64,000 nt of DNA from Amoebophrya sp. A120 (GCA_905178155.1 CAJINV010000003.1:3441600-3505599); one strand, 5' to 3'. Numbered from the stretch's first letter, positions 1-12,391 are shown. Program-made: numbers and translations. The notes: a model not told the origin generated them from the sequence alone.

Positions 1-3000
1 TGGTGCCCGGCAATGCTGCTGGAGCCGCTGAGTTAATATCATCCGCTGTTACTACACTAGCGATGCCGGCAGCTGCCCCCGCTGGTGGAGGAGAAACAAG
101 TTCCGGCGGTGGCGGTATGAATGGACTATCGAGATCCTCAACTTCAACGCGGGGCATGCGCTCGCGCTTGCGAATCGGTCGCTTGTTACCTCCAAAAGCG
201 GCAAGAGCTGCGAGACCCTTCATCTTCAGAAAGGGAGCCGCTTTACCAATCGCTTCTGTTCGTGGCGGAGCATAATTTCGCAAATTCTCTTCGGTGGGTG
301 CTGCCGCAGCAAGAGGTTTTGGAAAAATGTCTTCTTGAGCAGGAGGGCGCGGAGCGCGCGGTTGTTCAATGTCCAAGCGATACGTAACCCACGAACAAGA
401 AGTACCAGCAGGCATGGCCGGATGACTGGCCGCGGGGGCGGCTACACCGTAGTTTATTTTCGACGACGAGGGCTGCGGACTGGCAAAAAGGAAGAACCGT
501 CGGTGCTTACTGGTCGGAAAGCCGAAGTGGATCGCACGGAGAGAGTTCGGGGCCGTGATCATGTTTCGGGGAAACTTTTCTACTGCGTAGGCTTTCTTGG
601 GAACCAGTGCAGCCGCAGCTTTGTCCGCGAGCATTTTCTGTTGCTGGGAAGCCGCCGCCTCAATCGCTAGTGCCAGACTTGTGGCGGACGAAAGATTCAA
701 GAAATTTCCGGGTGCGCTCGCCCGGGCCTCCGCTCGCGCCGCCAGCGCGCTGCCAGGCAGGGGACAGCCCGAGAACGCTCCCTTCCGCCACGCCAGGCCG
801 CGCAAAGCCTCGAATTTGCGGCTCTGCCACTTGGTCCGCCAGCAAGTGTCTAGAATGCCTTCTTTCTCAATGGGGCCGTCTAACCACTCGATTTCGTCTT
901 CCTCGTGCAGCAAGGTTTTCCCGCGTCCCTTGAACACGTACGTGTCGTCATTCAGCTTTTCGTTCAATTCCGGCGGTGGCCAGTCCAGATGATCCGAATT
1001 TTTGATGCGCAGTACCCAATTGGATGGCGGAACGGCTACCTGTGCGGGCACGACGGGCTCCTCTGGAGGAGCACCAACTGTGCCCGCCCCCGCGGCCGTG
1101 TCCTTTTTCTTGCCTCCTTTTTTCCCCTCGGAAGTAGACGACTCGGATTTATTTTGCTCATCTCCCTCTGCCTTTGCGTTGTCTTTTTCGTCACCTTGCT
1201 GACCTCCAGGGATTGCTCCTCCTTCTTCGCGCGGCAACCCGTCCTTGCCAAAGGAAACTTTTTTCTTCTTTTTCGACTTTTTCCCGTCCTCATCCGCTCC
1301 ATCATTGTCGTCCATTTCCGCCGCAACTGCCTTGGGCTTCTCGGCCGAGCCCGGTGGAGCTTCGTTAGTCATGGCCTCCAACTGAGCATCGATACCAACA
1401 GGTTTGCCGTCCCCATCATCTCCGAGGGCAAGCTGTTCGCGGATGTTCTTCAGCTTTCCAACGGCGCCCGAGAACTTTTTCTGCACATTCAGCCCGGTAT
1501 TGGGTTTCTCCAGATCCAGCTTCTCGCAGAGGGCCGTCTCAATGGCCCGCTGCAGGTCGCGAATTTTGCTGACCCGGGCGTCCCAGGTAAAACGATACTT
1601 CGACAGCCATTGAACGTGAGCCTGCGGCTTTGGTGGAGCGGCGACTTTCGGAACAATCTTTGGCAGTGAAGATTTGAAAGTTGTCAACGTCTGCGACATC
1701 ATCTTTTTCTTCTTGGCACTATCCTTTTTCTGCTTCTCCAAGGCGGTCGCTGAATCGTCATCGCTTTTCTTATCATTCCCCCCTGCGGTTCCGCCTTCTT
1801 CGCCAGAATTGTCTTGGGCTCCTGCACCTCGCTTCATGGCGCCTAGAACTCCACCCAGTTTCCGCTTGGCGCGCTTCCAGCTCGCCTTCGCTATGACTTC
1901 GACCGTCGTGGACTGCACTTCAGGCACGCCGGCAAGATCATCTCCCTCTTTTATTTCACCCTCGACGTCGCTGAGTTGTGCTTTCTGTTCCTCTGTAGCA
2001 GTACTCGTTGTTCCGTCGTCTTTACTTTCGCCGTCGCTATCACCAGCCTTGCCGCCCTGCTCAGTACTTTCGCCATCGCGTTTTTTGCTCTTCTTCTTTT
2101 TCTTTTTTTTCTTCTTCTTTTTCGGCTCGCTGTCAGCATCTTGGCCCTCCTTCTTCTTTGCGTCGCCGTCGGGATCTTCATCCCCTCCGTCTTGTGGATT
2201 CTTCTCTTCGTTTTGATGTTCCTTCTCATTGGAGCTTGTTTCTGCCGAGGATGAAGAGGAGCCGTCTTCGTCTCCGGTTGAGCTGCTTCCCGAACCGCTG
2301 CTGCTTTCGTCATCGGAACCGTTTTTCTTTTCACCTGTGGAAGCTGCATCCTTGTCCTCTTTTGCAGCACCAGAGGACGCCGCAGAGCCCGTGCGACTGC
2401 TTGACGCGGCGGAAGACGCCTTCGATTTTTCTGACGTGGCGTCCTCCAAAATTTTCACCTCGCCGCTTTTCCGCACCCAGCGCAGGGCCTTCTCCTCCTG
2501 CTTGCCGTTAAATTTGCCCAGCAACTTGATCTTCGTGGCGGCGGGCACTAAGGTGGTGATGACCACTTCCAACCTGTACTGAAGTCCTCCCAGCCACTCC
2601 GCCTTGCCTTCGAAGCTCTGCCACACCGGGGCGATCGCGCCGCTCTTGCGCCGAATGATCTGCTCCGGGTTCAACAGGTAATAGCCGACCCCGCGGGCAA
2701 AGGTGCGTCCCGTGCGCGGATGTGGCATTTTCGTCTGCTCGATATCACTTTCCACATCAGAATCCGAGGAATCGTAGATTTCGCCCCCCAAGAGGTAGTA
2801 GTCACGAACCACCTTGCGGCGACGCGGCGGGGGAAAAAATTTGGCCATGTTTTGCTCGTCGTCGACATGCTGTTGTACATTACCGCCCTTCAGCGCGCTT
2901 TTGAGCTTCGACATGGACTTCATCATCGTAAAAGCACTGGCCTTGCTAGCGACGGCCGCAACTGCTCCTGCAAACGGATTGGTCGTGCTTGAAGAAGAGA

Positions 3001-6000
3001 GGGTCGTGCTATCTTCTGTGCTCTGAGGGCCGTCCTTCCCGGCGGGCGGAGGAGTAGATGCAGTAGGCAGCACGGATTGATCATGATTTTCCGAAGAGCC
3101 TCCCGTTGCAAAGGTGGTGACTTCGGCGCCCTCCGCAAATCCTACCGACTTGCCCGGGGACTTCCCCTTCATGCGTTTAAACTTCCCCAATGCTCGCATG
3201 GTCGACAAGCCTCCCCCACCCAGCGTCGGCAGTTTCACCGGCGGAGCTGCCGCCGCAACGGCAACGGCAGGCGGCGCTGCCAAAGAACCTTGGTCTCCTC
3301 CTGGTCCACCTGGGACCACCGCAACTGCTTCGGCCGCCGCTCCTCCCGATGTGATCGCCGAAGAGCCCCCTGCCGACGGCGGCCCGTTTGTTATTCCGGG
3401 ACGAACCGGCACCCACAGGCGACGTTCCAGGTCCGCGACGCCGCCCGCGCTCTTTTCGCCGCGCACGCGCACCGGGCGCGTGTCGCGAAAAATCAAGTTG
3501 CGGTCGGGGCAAAACCGGTCGAACCGGCGGCGCCGCGTTCCGCTCAGCGGGAACGTGTTCATCGCCAGAACTTCCCAAAACGTGGCCTCGTCCAACGCCA
3601 AGGCCTGGTCGATTGACACGTTCGGGATGAGACCCTCCTTTAGTAAATTGTTGAACCGAATCATGCCGGTCCAGTCGTCTTTCACGCGGCGGGGGTTGGC
3701 CCAGAGGTGCGTCCGCAGCTTCACCGGATCAAACAGGGCTGTTTTCAGTGTGCACTGCAGCAGAGACGGATTCGGGTCGGGAAACGCGAGCCCCACGACG
3801 CAGTTTTTCGTGTTCGAAGACTGCTTCACGCCGCGCTCCTCGGGGTCGGTGTGCGGAATGTGCTGGATGCCGGCTTTTTGCCGCTTCTGGAGCTCGTCCT
3901 CCGCCAACTCCTCCTTCAGTTTCTCCGAGGCAAACGCCTTGTCCTGCGTTTCGGTCAGAGTCTTGATGGTGTAGCGGAGGAGGCGCTTTTGCTCGGCGGA
4001 GTCCGCACAATACGCCAAGTCCTCCTCCGCCTGTTTCAGCTTCGCCAGCCGTGGCTTTTCCCCTTTGGTCTCCAGCGCGTCGAAGCCGGGAAACTTTCCG
4101 AAGCTCTTCAGGTCGTCCTGGCTGTTCACGTAAAATTCGGGGAATGTCGGGCCCCGCGGAAACGGTTGCCGGTTGGGGTCCTTGCGCTCCTTTTCGAAGA
4201 AGATCGGAAAGGGCGGCCCCAGCTTCTCGATGCTGCAGGTCCGTGGCGACATCGGGTTGTGCTGGGAGAGAAAAGATTCCTCGAAGTGCGGCAGGATGTC
4301 CATTCCGTGCATGGTGATGCGCAAACCCCGAAGGTAGTCACGTGGGAGAAACCGGAGGAGCTTGATGTCAATGTGGCTCGGTAACTCGTGCTCCGCAACG
4401 TGGAATCGCGTCCCGCGGGCGGAACCCGTACTTTCTTCGGAAAGCACGGACCGGACTTCCTCCCGCTGCTGCTGGAATTCAAAATCCTCATTGCGTTTCT
4501 TCTTTTTCTTCCCTTTTTTCTTGCTTGTTTTCGCGGACGAGGCCGCGGGTCCTCCTTGGACCGCCTCCTCGTTTTCGTCGGAAGCTGCGGCACGCGCTGC
4601 TTCCAGTTTTGCCAGGTTCGCCGTGGTCACCTCGTTACGCTGCTGGACCATGGTCTGTTGCTGCTTCACTTTCTTTTTCGTTTCTTTCTTCCAGTCTTCG
4701 CCCCGGGTAGTTTTCCGGCGGACATCCACCGTGTCCTTCTTCTCCAGATCCTCCTTGGCCTTCCAGGAGGCAGTCGGGGCGGTGAGCGCCGCCAAGCCTC
4801 CGACGCCCTTCCGGACGGCCCGGCGCAGGACCGCGGCAGCCGCCACGCCGCCGGCACTGGAGGCGCTCACGGTGGTTTGTCGTGCGGTCTGGCGCTTGTA
4901 AGCGTCCGGGTTGGCGTCGTCCCCGAGCTTCTTCGCCTTTTTTTGCTCCTCTGCGTCCTGCTCCAGCAGGAGGTTTGGCGAATACTCGGGCATGAGCGGG
5001 ATGGGCGATGTCCAGTTGTCCGCTACGCTTTTGCGCTGCAACCAAACCGGCAGCTCCTCCGGGTTTTTCATGAAGCCAAGCGTCTCCTTCTTGGTTCGTC
5101 GCTCCTCCAGCCGTTTCTCCTCCGCTGCCTTCTCCTCTAGCTGGCGCTTGGCCTCCGCCTTTTCCGCGGCCCGCCGTTCGCCGATCTCCTTCTTGTTTCG
5201 ATCTTTGTCGGCACACTCGAGGCTGTAGTCCTGCAGGGCGTAAACGGCTTGGATGGCCTATCAAAAGGAAAAATTTCTCCTCCCCATATCAAAGCGGAAA
5301 TCTGTGATGCAGATTTGTTGTCACAAATCAGCTTTGTCATGCTACACGGGAAAAGATGCGGACTGTAGTGCTCGGTGGCGTGGGCGGTAAGCGTTGCATC
5401 TTCAGCATGATAGGAGGCAGCTGAGAGTGGGAAACAGCATGACAAATTGCCTGCAAACGAGGCCACGAGTGCAGGTCTTGACCTTCTAGCATGACAAGTC
5501 GACTTGTGACCTCAAATACAGCATCACAAGTTTCGTTTTCGATATGGGGAGGGGGGATTTTTCCTTTCGATATGGCCAGTTCCTGGAGCTCCGGAGGAAC
5601 AAACCAGCGCCAGCTGGACACCTTGATATCAAATGTAAAAATGTCTGGGTCTGGAAGATTGCCGGGTTTGTCATGCACGTTGTGCATGACTCCTCAAGTC
5701 TGTGATGCATGCCCTAGCATCACAGATTTTTAAAGGGCTTCCTGATGCCTATTCCGCATGACAAATGCTCTTTCCGTGCTGCAAAATTTGGACTCTCTTT
5801 GCTGCTCATGCAATACAGATTTTTTTAGAATCCAAAATCAGCATGACAAGTTGGATTCTTCCAGACCCAGACATTTTTACAGTTGATACTTGAGCTGCTG
5901 GAACCAGACGGCGTAATCGTGCATGCCCGTGATGAAATTCGCCGGGGGCGCCAAAGGCTGGATTTCTTCTTTCACGAAGTTCCAGTTTTTCACGCCCTTC

Positions 6001-7833
6001 AGATGACTGAGCTGCAGCGACCCCGACGCTGCCGCTGGTAGCACATCCGCACCCATGCTCGGAACGATCGGTAAGTTGGCGCTTTTTGTTCCACGACCGG
6101 GCGACCCCACAGTTGTACATTCCTCGTCGGGTGCATGGTGTTCAATGGATGCGGGACTTCCGTCTATCGCACGCAGCAGCTTCAGGTTACTTGCACCGGA
6201 TGAACTTCTACCCGAAGAGTGCGTGGCTGCTGCCATGTGCTCCAGCACCAGCTGCTTGCTGAACGCTGTTCTACTCGGCTGAAAAACCGACTGTCCCAGC
6301 ATTTTGACGACGTGCAGCGATTGCGAACGCGGCGGATTGAACACCGAGTGAATGATCTCCTCCTCGACAAACAGCGGGCCCAGGTTGTCCTTGATGATTT
6401 GCCGCTGGAGCAGCACCACCTCCGCACAAAAGTGCAGGGACCGCGGCTTCACCGGCGGGCGGCCCAGGCACGCCTTCACCATCTTCAACTGCCCCCAGAT
6501 GTCTTCCCACCGCGTCAAAACGCGCCGCGGCTGTGTCCAGTCCGTCGGGATTGCGAACCGGCGTTGGTCGTACCCGAAGTTCACCACACTACGAATTGGA
6601 TTCTTCTGCAGGTACCGTTGGAGGAACTCGAACTTGTTTTTCCCAAACAAATCCTTCATCCGGCTCTTCAGCTCCGTCGAGGAGAGATTTTCCTCCTTCG
6701 TGTAAGGGTCTTGCCCGATGAAGTCCGGCTTCTTGTTCGGGTCGTCCTGCGCCACTTCCCCGCCCGACCCGAGACTGCCCGCGCCCCCGGCGCTCCCCGG
6801 GTAGGTGCCCGCCGCCATCATGGCCTGGATGCGCTCGTGCTCCTGCTCCAGCTCGATGCGCTGACTGGCGAGCAGCCTCGTCCCGGCCACGTTGCCCAGG
6901 TTCAGGCCCTGCCGATTCAATTCCATCTGTCGGGCGTTCTCGCGTTGGGCCTTTTCGATGCTCGAAATCCCGCCCTCCTCCGCGGCGAAGTTGACGTTGT
7001 CCAGTCCGCTGTCGGAACTCTCCCCGTCCTTGCGCGCGTACGGATCTTCCTCGTCCTCAGGGCCAGCGAGCTGTTCATCCTCGTAGTCCTCCGCGAGTTC
7101 GATGGCCCGAATCCATTTCCGCCGCTCGTGCTCGATCTGCTGGACCTTTTGGAGTCCTTCGGCGTACCACTCGGCGTAGGCCTGCAGCTGCTGCTCCAGC
7201 AGCAGTTCCAACTCTTCGTAGTAGCTCGGATCGCCAAACAACGTGCTGTTCGGCGTGAGCGCGGCCTCCCGCTTTCGCTTCTCGTACTCCCGCTGCTTGG
7301 CCTGTTTGTCCATCCCGGCGAGCGTCGGATCTGTGTTGCGGCGCTTCAGCGAAGTAGACTCCCGGGGCGGGGCAGATTTGTTTTTCTTCTGCGCGGCGTC
7401 GCCCTGCAGCGTCAGGGGAGGCGCAGTGGCGGCCGCGGACGTGCCCATGTCGTACGTGTAAGGGTTCCACTCTAGCAGAGGAGTGTATTCGGCGAGACCC
7501 TGCAACCACCGGAACTCCGGGTCGTTCTGAAGGTGAAACTTGAACATGAGAGGCTCCCGTGGGGAGCTGCCCGGAGGATTAGAAGCGTTATTTTTTCGTG
7601 CATCATTATACGGCACCAATTGATGCTGCTGACTCGTCGTGCCACCTGTCGCGTGCTCCGTTTTTCGTTTGTGAACCAGGTAATTCACCTCCTCGGGCGA
7701 GGTGATTTTTGACTTTCGCTTTCTACGTTCCGCACCCCCAGCATCGCTGCCCGATTCATCGTCACCGGAGTTGTCTTCTTGCCCTCCGGGCTGACAAAGC
7801 ATATCCTCGATCGGCATGACGTTGATCTTGTTC
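1..7833 (-). CDS. Very large hypothetical protein (>2,400 aa), multi-exon, runs off the left edge; interrupted by two introners
   Basis: Exons 7833-5889, 5621-5577 and 5257-<1. Removing each TIR element plus one TSD copy gives the continuous frame YAVWFQQLK-VSSWRWFVPPELQEL-AIQAVYALQDY. The last exon appears open to the window edge (sampled translation and consistent antisense shadow ORFs), which would explain its absence from the ORF track. The acceptor TTCACAG|G at 7834 implies a further upstream exon (possible donor AC|GTAAGT near 8012), so the start is unresolved. K/E/R-rich, no recognised domain. Confidence 0.8.
5259..5572. mobile_element. Introner / MITE-like intron 1 (314 bp, about 86-bp imperfect TIR, 5-bp TSD TGGCC)
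   Basis: Left end TATCAAAAGGAAAAATTTCTCCTCCCCATATC; right end reverse complement TATCGAAAGGAAAAATCCCCCCTCCCCATATC; pairing continues to TTGTCATGCTA. TGGCC at 5254-5258 and 5573-5577. Removable in frame as a GC-AG intron 5576-5258. Confidence 0.9.
5627..5888. mobile_element. Introner / MITE-like intron 2 (262 bp, about 50-bp TIR, 5-bp TSD CTTGA)
   Basis: Left end TATCAAATGTAAAAATGTCTGGGTCTGGAAGA; right end reverse complement TATCAACTGTAAAAATGTCTGGGTCTGGAAGA. CTTGA at 5622-5626 and 5889-5893. In-frame removal (267 nt) gives at best GT..AA or TA..AG ends. Confidence 0.9.
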
Positions 7834-8622
7834 CTGTGAATGATGTTCTTACCGGCCTACTCGCCCGCGTAGTGCATTTTCCAGATACAAGTAAACTCCG
7901 GACCGAGTAATAGCTTCAGAAAATCCGAAGCCATCATGGGTTATCTTTGCCGTTGCGTCATTCTATAATGGTGCACGGATCACGAGCCGGCAAGATCAGA
8001 GTAAGTACTTACGTACACACCTGCTGCATCTGGCGCAGAAGATGCCAGATGGAAGCAAATCTGTTCCTCGACCGGAAAGTGACAAAGAAGTCACCAGGAC
8101 TCCTGATGCAACGCAACTTGACAAGCACCCTATCACATCTCTATTTAGAAGCGGGCTAAAAATATGCATGGGTGAAAGAGCTCTTGACTTCCTGCTGATG
8201 AGATGACAAAGACGTCGAATCATGAGTTTGAACGTGAGAGTATTCGTTAACCGGCATTGCACAACACAGATTCAAAACCGGACAACAGCGACGGATTTGA
8301 ACATGTACGTACGATTTTCGGGACGATGAGACAAACGAAACGATTTGTTTGAGAGACAAGCAGCACGAACTGAACGATACGTGTAGGTGTAGCTGCAACG
8401 AATGACGCTACACCGATGAGCAACAGATAGTAAACACGAGCATAATCGTGGACGTGTCTACAGACGTGGACGAATACTTAAACTGAACATGATGAATGTG
8501 ATGTAGATGCATTTTTTTCATCTAGTTGCACGAGGCGTCAGCGTCTAACTTTGACCGCCAAAACTACCGTGGCATAGTGGCCGAAGTACACACGAAGTAT
8601 CAATCTATTAGTGCTATTTTTT

Positions 8623-10629
8623 CTAGAAGTTGCGAAGGTTGGTTTTAGCAGCGTCGAAAACGTCGCCGTCTTTGATTTTCCCTGTTTGCAGCAGGTGCAA
8701 GACTTTTTGATTGTCGTCGGTTAAGGGCTTAAAAGTTGACGTATTCGCCAGGAGTCCCAGCTGAGAGGAGGCCATTCGCAGTTGCTGCGTGCGCTTCTCG
8801 CGCTGCTTCTCGTTCCAGGCCTCTTTTTCGAGATCCTTTTGTTCCCGGAGTTTTCGTTTCTCCTCCCGCTCCTTGGCGATGCGCGGTGCGCGTTTCAGCT
8901 GCCGCTTCTCATTGCGGGCTACCTTGAGCTGCTGGCGGACGATGGCCAGTTCATGAAAGGGGGCCCCCTTGTCCGTGGGCCAGGACTGCCGCTGCAGGCG
9001 CCACGGCAGCACGGGCTTGTGGTGCCAAATGGCGTTTACCTTCTTCGTGTACTCCGGCAACTCCATCTTCCCCTTCCGCCAGTACACACTCAACTCCTCT
9101 TCCAGCATCTTGTGCAAGCTGAACTTCGCCCGCGTCAAGACCGACACTCGCTGCTCGGCCGTCAGCATCTTTGCGGAAACGTACCAGCGGCCGTCTTGTA
9201 CTTCTGCGCCAGATGACCTCCTGGCCGTCTCTGGTGAAGATGTGTTGGCCACTTCTGAATGATGTAGTTGCCATCCATTTTCATTTTTCTCTCGCAGAGA
9301 GGAAACCGAAGGAGCGGAAGGCTGATGCTCTGGTGAACAAGACGATGAAAACAGTCCTGTCGCAGACCCGATCCCTGCGAGGCAGCGTCGCTGAAAAGAC
9401 ATCCCACTCTCGTGGTTTACCGTTGGACTGGATAGCGCAAGGCTCTCCCTGTTCTCGCCTCGCATTTCGCTAGCGTCCAGTTGGAAGACGAGAAACAATT
9501 CCGCAAATTCGCGGAAGGTCAGAAACCGTTCCCACGACCCAAACCGGTGGTAGACTGCTTCGTCCGCAATGCTTGTCGTCACGTTTTCGTGCCCGGCAGG
9601 CTTCCGACTCTGCTCCAGCAGCTTCAACTCCACCGCAATGCTGTCTACCGCCAGAGGCGCGGCGCTGGACGAGGACGATGCAGTGGAGGAAGTAGATGAG
9701 AAGGCTCCGCTGTGCCGTGCCTCGCAGGCGGTGTGCAATTGCTCTGCAAGCGACAGCAGCTGGTCGTTGAAATGCTCCCGCTTCTTGATCCAAATGGGGT
9801 CATTCTGCTTGTCATTATCGAGCGATTTCATGTGCACGGTTTTCGCGCATAACGACGCGGGCAGCTTCAGAGGCGAGTGGAGGGCGTCCCAGACGGCCCG
9901 GCGCGTTTCAAATGTCACGTACCCGGTACCGGAGCATTGGTAGGGGTCGTGGGAGTGCGGGAGGCATCTCACCTGCTTCAGGCCACCAAATTTCGAAAAG
10001 AACCGCCGCAACCGCTCCTGCAAGTTTTCCGGCGTCACGCCCATGGGCAAGTTGGACAACTCGATCGTATTTTCTCCATACACGTCGCGGAATTCCAGGC
10101 CCGATTTCGGTTCACTGTTGTACCAGTCAATCTGCTCACCAGTCGTCTTACTCACTTCCGGGTAGTGGTACCGTGATATCTGTTGATCATCTTGATGTTC
10201 TTGGAGGGAGGTTTGTTCACCATTCTCCTCCACTCCGCTCGCGGCTCGTCCTGATGCCCCCTCCGGAGGTCGCTGGTAAGGTATTCGCCAGTGCCACTTG
10301 AAGTTACTGGCGCCGCGCGGCGCTCGGAACCAGCCCCAAATACGGTGCTTCGGGTGTATTCGGTGGTATATGCTCTTGGCAATGAACAGCGGCCTCGAGC
10401 GACGAAATACCCCGCCTGCGGAACCGCACGAGGCGCGGCCCACTACTGCAGCTGGGGACATTCCAATTTTGCTCGCTAGCAGCAAGGACCTCGAGCAGGT
10501 CGGATCAAGCGCCTTCATCATGGGCAATAAACCGGTAGTAAGAGTAGAGCTGGACGACGTACTAGAGCTCACGTGGCAAAAGAGCGAGTCGGAGCATGCT
10601 CGTCGACAAACGTTGTGAAACGCCGACAT
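8623..10629 (-). CDS. RRM-domain RNA-binding protein, possibly mitochondrion-targeted
   Basis: Single ORF, first ATG at 10629. RNP2-like TIELSNLP and RNP1-like SGTGYVTF with RRM spacing (LQERLRRFFSKFGGLKQVRCL). Ser/Arg-rich, acid-poor N-terminus and a basic coiled-coil C-terminus. Confidence 0.75.
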   Translation of the reverse strand: MSAFHNVCRRACSDSLFCHVSSSTSSSSTLTTGLLPMMKALDPTCSRSLLLASKIGMSPAAVVGRASCGSAGGVFRRSRPLFIAKSIYHRIHPKHRIWGWFRAPRGASNFKWHWRIPYQRPPEGASGRAASGVEENGEQTSLQEHQDDQQISRYHYPEVSKTTGEQIDWYNSEPKSGLEFRDVYGENTIELSNLPMGVTPENLQERLRRFFSKFGGLKQVRCLPHSHDPYQCSGTGYVTFETRRAVWDALHSPLKLPASLCAKTVHMKSLDNDKQNDPIWIKKREHFNDQLLSLAEQLHTACEARHSGAFSSTSSTASSSSSAAPLAVDSIAVELKLLEQSRKPAGHENVTTSIADEAVYHRFGSWERFLTFREFAELFLVFQLDASEMRGENRESLALSSPTVNHESGMSFQRRCLAGIGSATGLFSSSCSPEHQPSAPSVSSLREKNENGWQLHHSEVANTSSPETARRSSGAEVQDGRWYVSAKMLTAEQRVSVLTRAKFSLHKMLEEELSVYWRKGKMELPEYTKKVNAIWHHKPVLPWRLQRQSWPTDKGAPFHELAIVRQQLKVARNEKRQLKRAPRIAKEREEKRKLREQKDLEKEAWNEKQREKRTQQLRMASSQLGLLANTSTFKPLTDDNQKVLHLLQTGKIKDGDVFDAAKTNLRNF

Positions 10630-11064
10630 GTTGCTTTTCGCTTGTCCTCTTTTTTTTTCCACGGCCACGCACTGATTTAGATTTTCTTCTCGATGAGAAG
10701 ATTAGTTTGTCATCGGGGGTTCCCGTTGCAATGCAAAATGCGGATTTCTAAGAGACAGTGCGCAGGCGGGGAACTGTCACAGGCGCCTCAAAAATGAACA
10801 TCTCGTCCAGACATCCGCTTGCGCCTGGGCATTGGTAATCATTAATTATCACACCTCCTCCGAGATTTTTGTTTCTTGTTCTACTTGGATCACATATTGT
10901 TGTTGTTTCCTTGTTATTTACTCACGCATTTTTTACTGTGCATGTACCTGTAACTGTATGTTGAAGATATGAAGAGGCAGATGGCAGAAAATGCCTACTT
11001 ACTTGCATTTTTTCGCCTACCACGAAGCACGATTAGATTTAATAGAGGAAGCGCAAACACTGGA

Positions 11065-12391
11065 TCACAGGATGAGATCTGGCCTGTGGTTGTAAAGGTG
11101 CATCGCCTCGTTTGTGTCCGCGATGGAGTCCAGAAAAGCCATTTGGTCGTCGGACAGGGAGAAGGAGAACAGGTCTAGGTTCTCCTGCATGTGCTTCGGG
11201 TTCGCCGTCCCCGGGATCACCACCACTCCCTTTTGCACGGCCCAGCGGAGCAGAATTTGTCCCGACGTGATGTTGCGTCCCACTTGCTCGGCCAACTGCT
11301 GGAACACGTGCTGCGTCACGATCTGCTTCGACAGCCGCGTGCTTCCCATGGACCCGTAGGCCGTTAGCACAATCTTCTGCTGGTTCGCAAAATCCAACAT
11401 CTCGCGCTGGGGGTACCACGGATGCAATTCCAGCTGGTTCACCGCCACCCGGTGCTTCGAATGTCGGTGCAAACGCTCGATTTTGGGCACGTCCCAGTTG
11501 GAGACGCCGATCGACCTGAAAATCAAGGGCGAGAGTTGGTGCTGTTGGAACTACGATTGCAAGAATATGCCGAAAAAGCTACATATGCTCGGCCGGTGCC
11601 TGCGCTGGTGTGCTCGGCGCAGACATATCAAGATCTTGTTCATCTTCCAGCTAAAGCAAATCAACTATGTTGCAAATTAACATTTTGGCGAGCCAAGCAA
11701 CAGCGTACCGAATGAATCCTTCGTCCTTCAGCACTTCTAGTGCGGCCCAGCTTGCGTGCCGGCATAATTCCCAGTCCGGTCGGCCGTCGGAGGCGATGTC
11801 CACGCAAGAGGGGTCCTTGTCGCCATTGAAGCCCTGTTCACCCGACACGTGCAGCAGCACCAGATCCAAATACTCGGTCTGCAGCTCCAGCAGCGATTTT
11901 TTCACGGTGCGGTAGGTGTTTTCGTATCCGAACTTGTCGGACCAAATCTTGCTGGTCAAAAAAAGCTGCCGGCGAAGATTTTTCACGAGCTCCTGATTTT
12001 GCTCAACACCTGCTCCACCGCCGGGTTCGTCCAGTTTGCTTTGCATCCACTGCTGCATGCCTCGGCCTATTTCTTCATGATTCTGGTACAGCACCGCAGT
12101 ATCGATGTGACGCCCGCCAAGCTCGAGATATTCGACAATGCTTTGCGTTGCTGGGTCGCCGCGCGCAGTCTCCCGGCAGCACATGCCGATCCCCGTCAAG
12201 GGAATGCGGTGCCCATCAACCAGATCGCGTGTTGGAATAATATCGGAGCGTACCAGCGGGGGCAAAATCGTTCCGAGTGAAGAAGGAAACCCAACCACAA
12301 GCTTCGGTCCTGAAGAAGCGTCTAGTATCGGCCACCAGCTAAGCAACGACGCAGACCATGCAAAAAACGAACGCAGATGCAAGGTGGCCAT
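11065..12391 (-). CDS. Aldo-keto reductase with putative N-terminal signal peptide (2 exons)
   Basis: Exons 12391-11709 and 11515-11065; the GT-AG intron 11708-11516 restores GFIR-SIGVSNW. Catalytic tetrad present in HIDTAVLY (D, Y), LTSKIW (K) and LDLVLLH (H). Other family motifs: VNQLELHP, QILLRWAVQKGVVVIPG, HMQENL. Confidence 0.92.
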
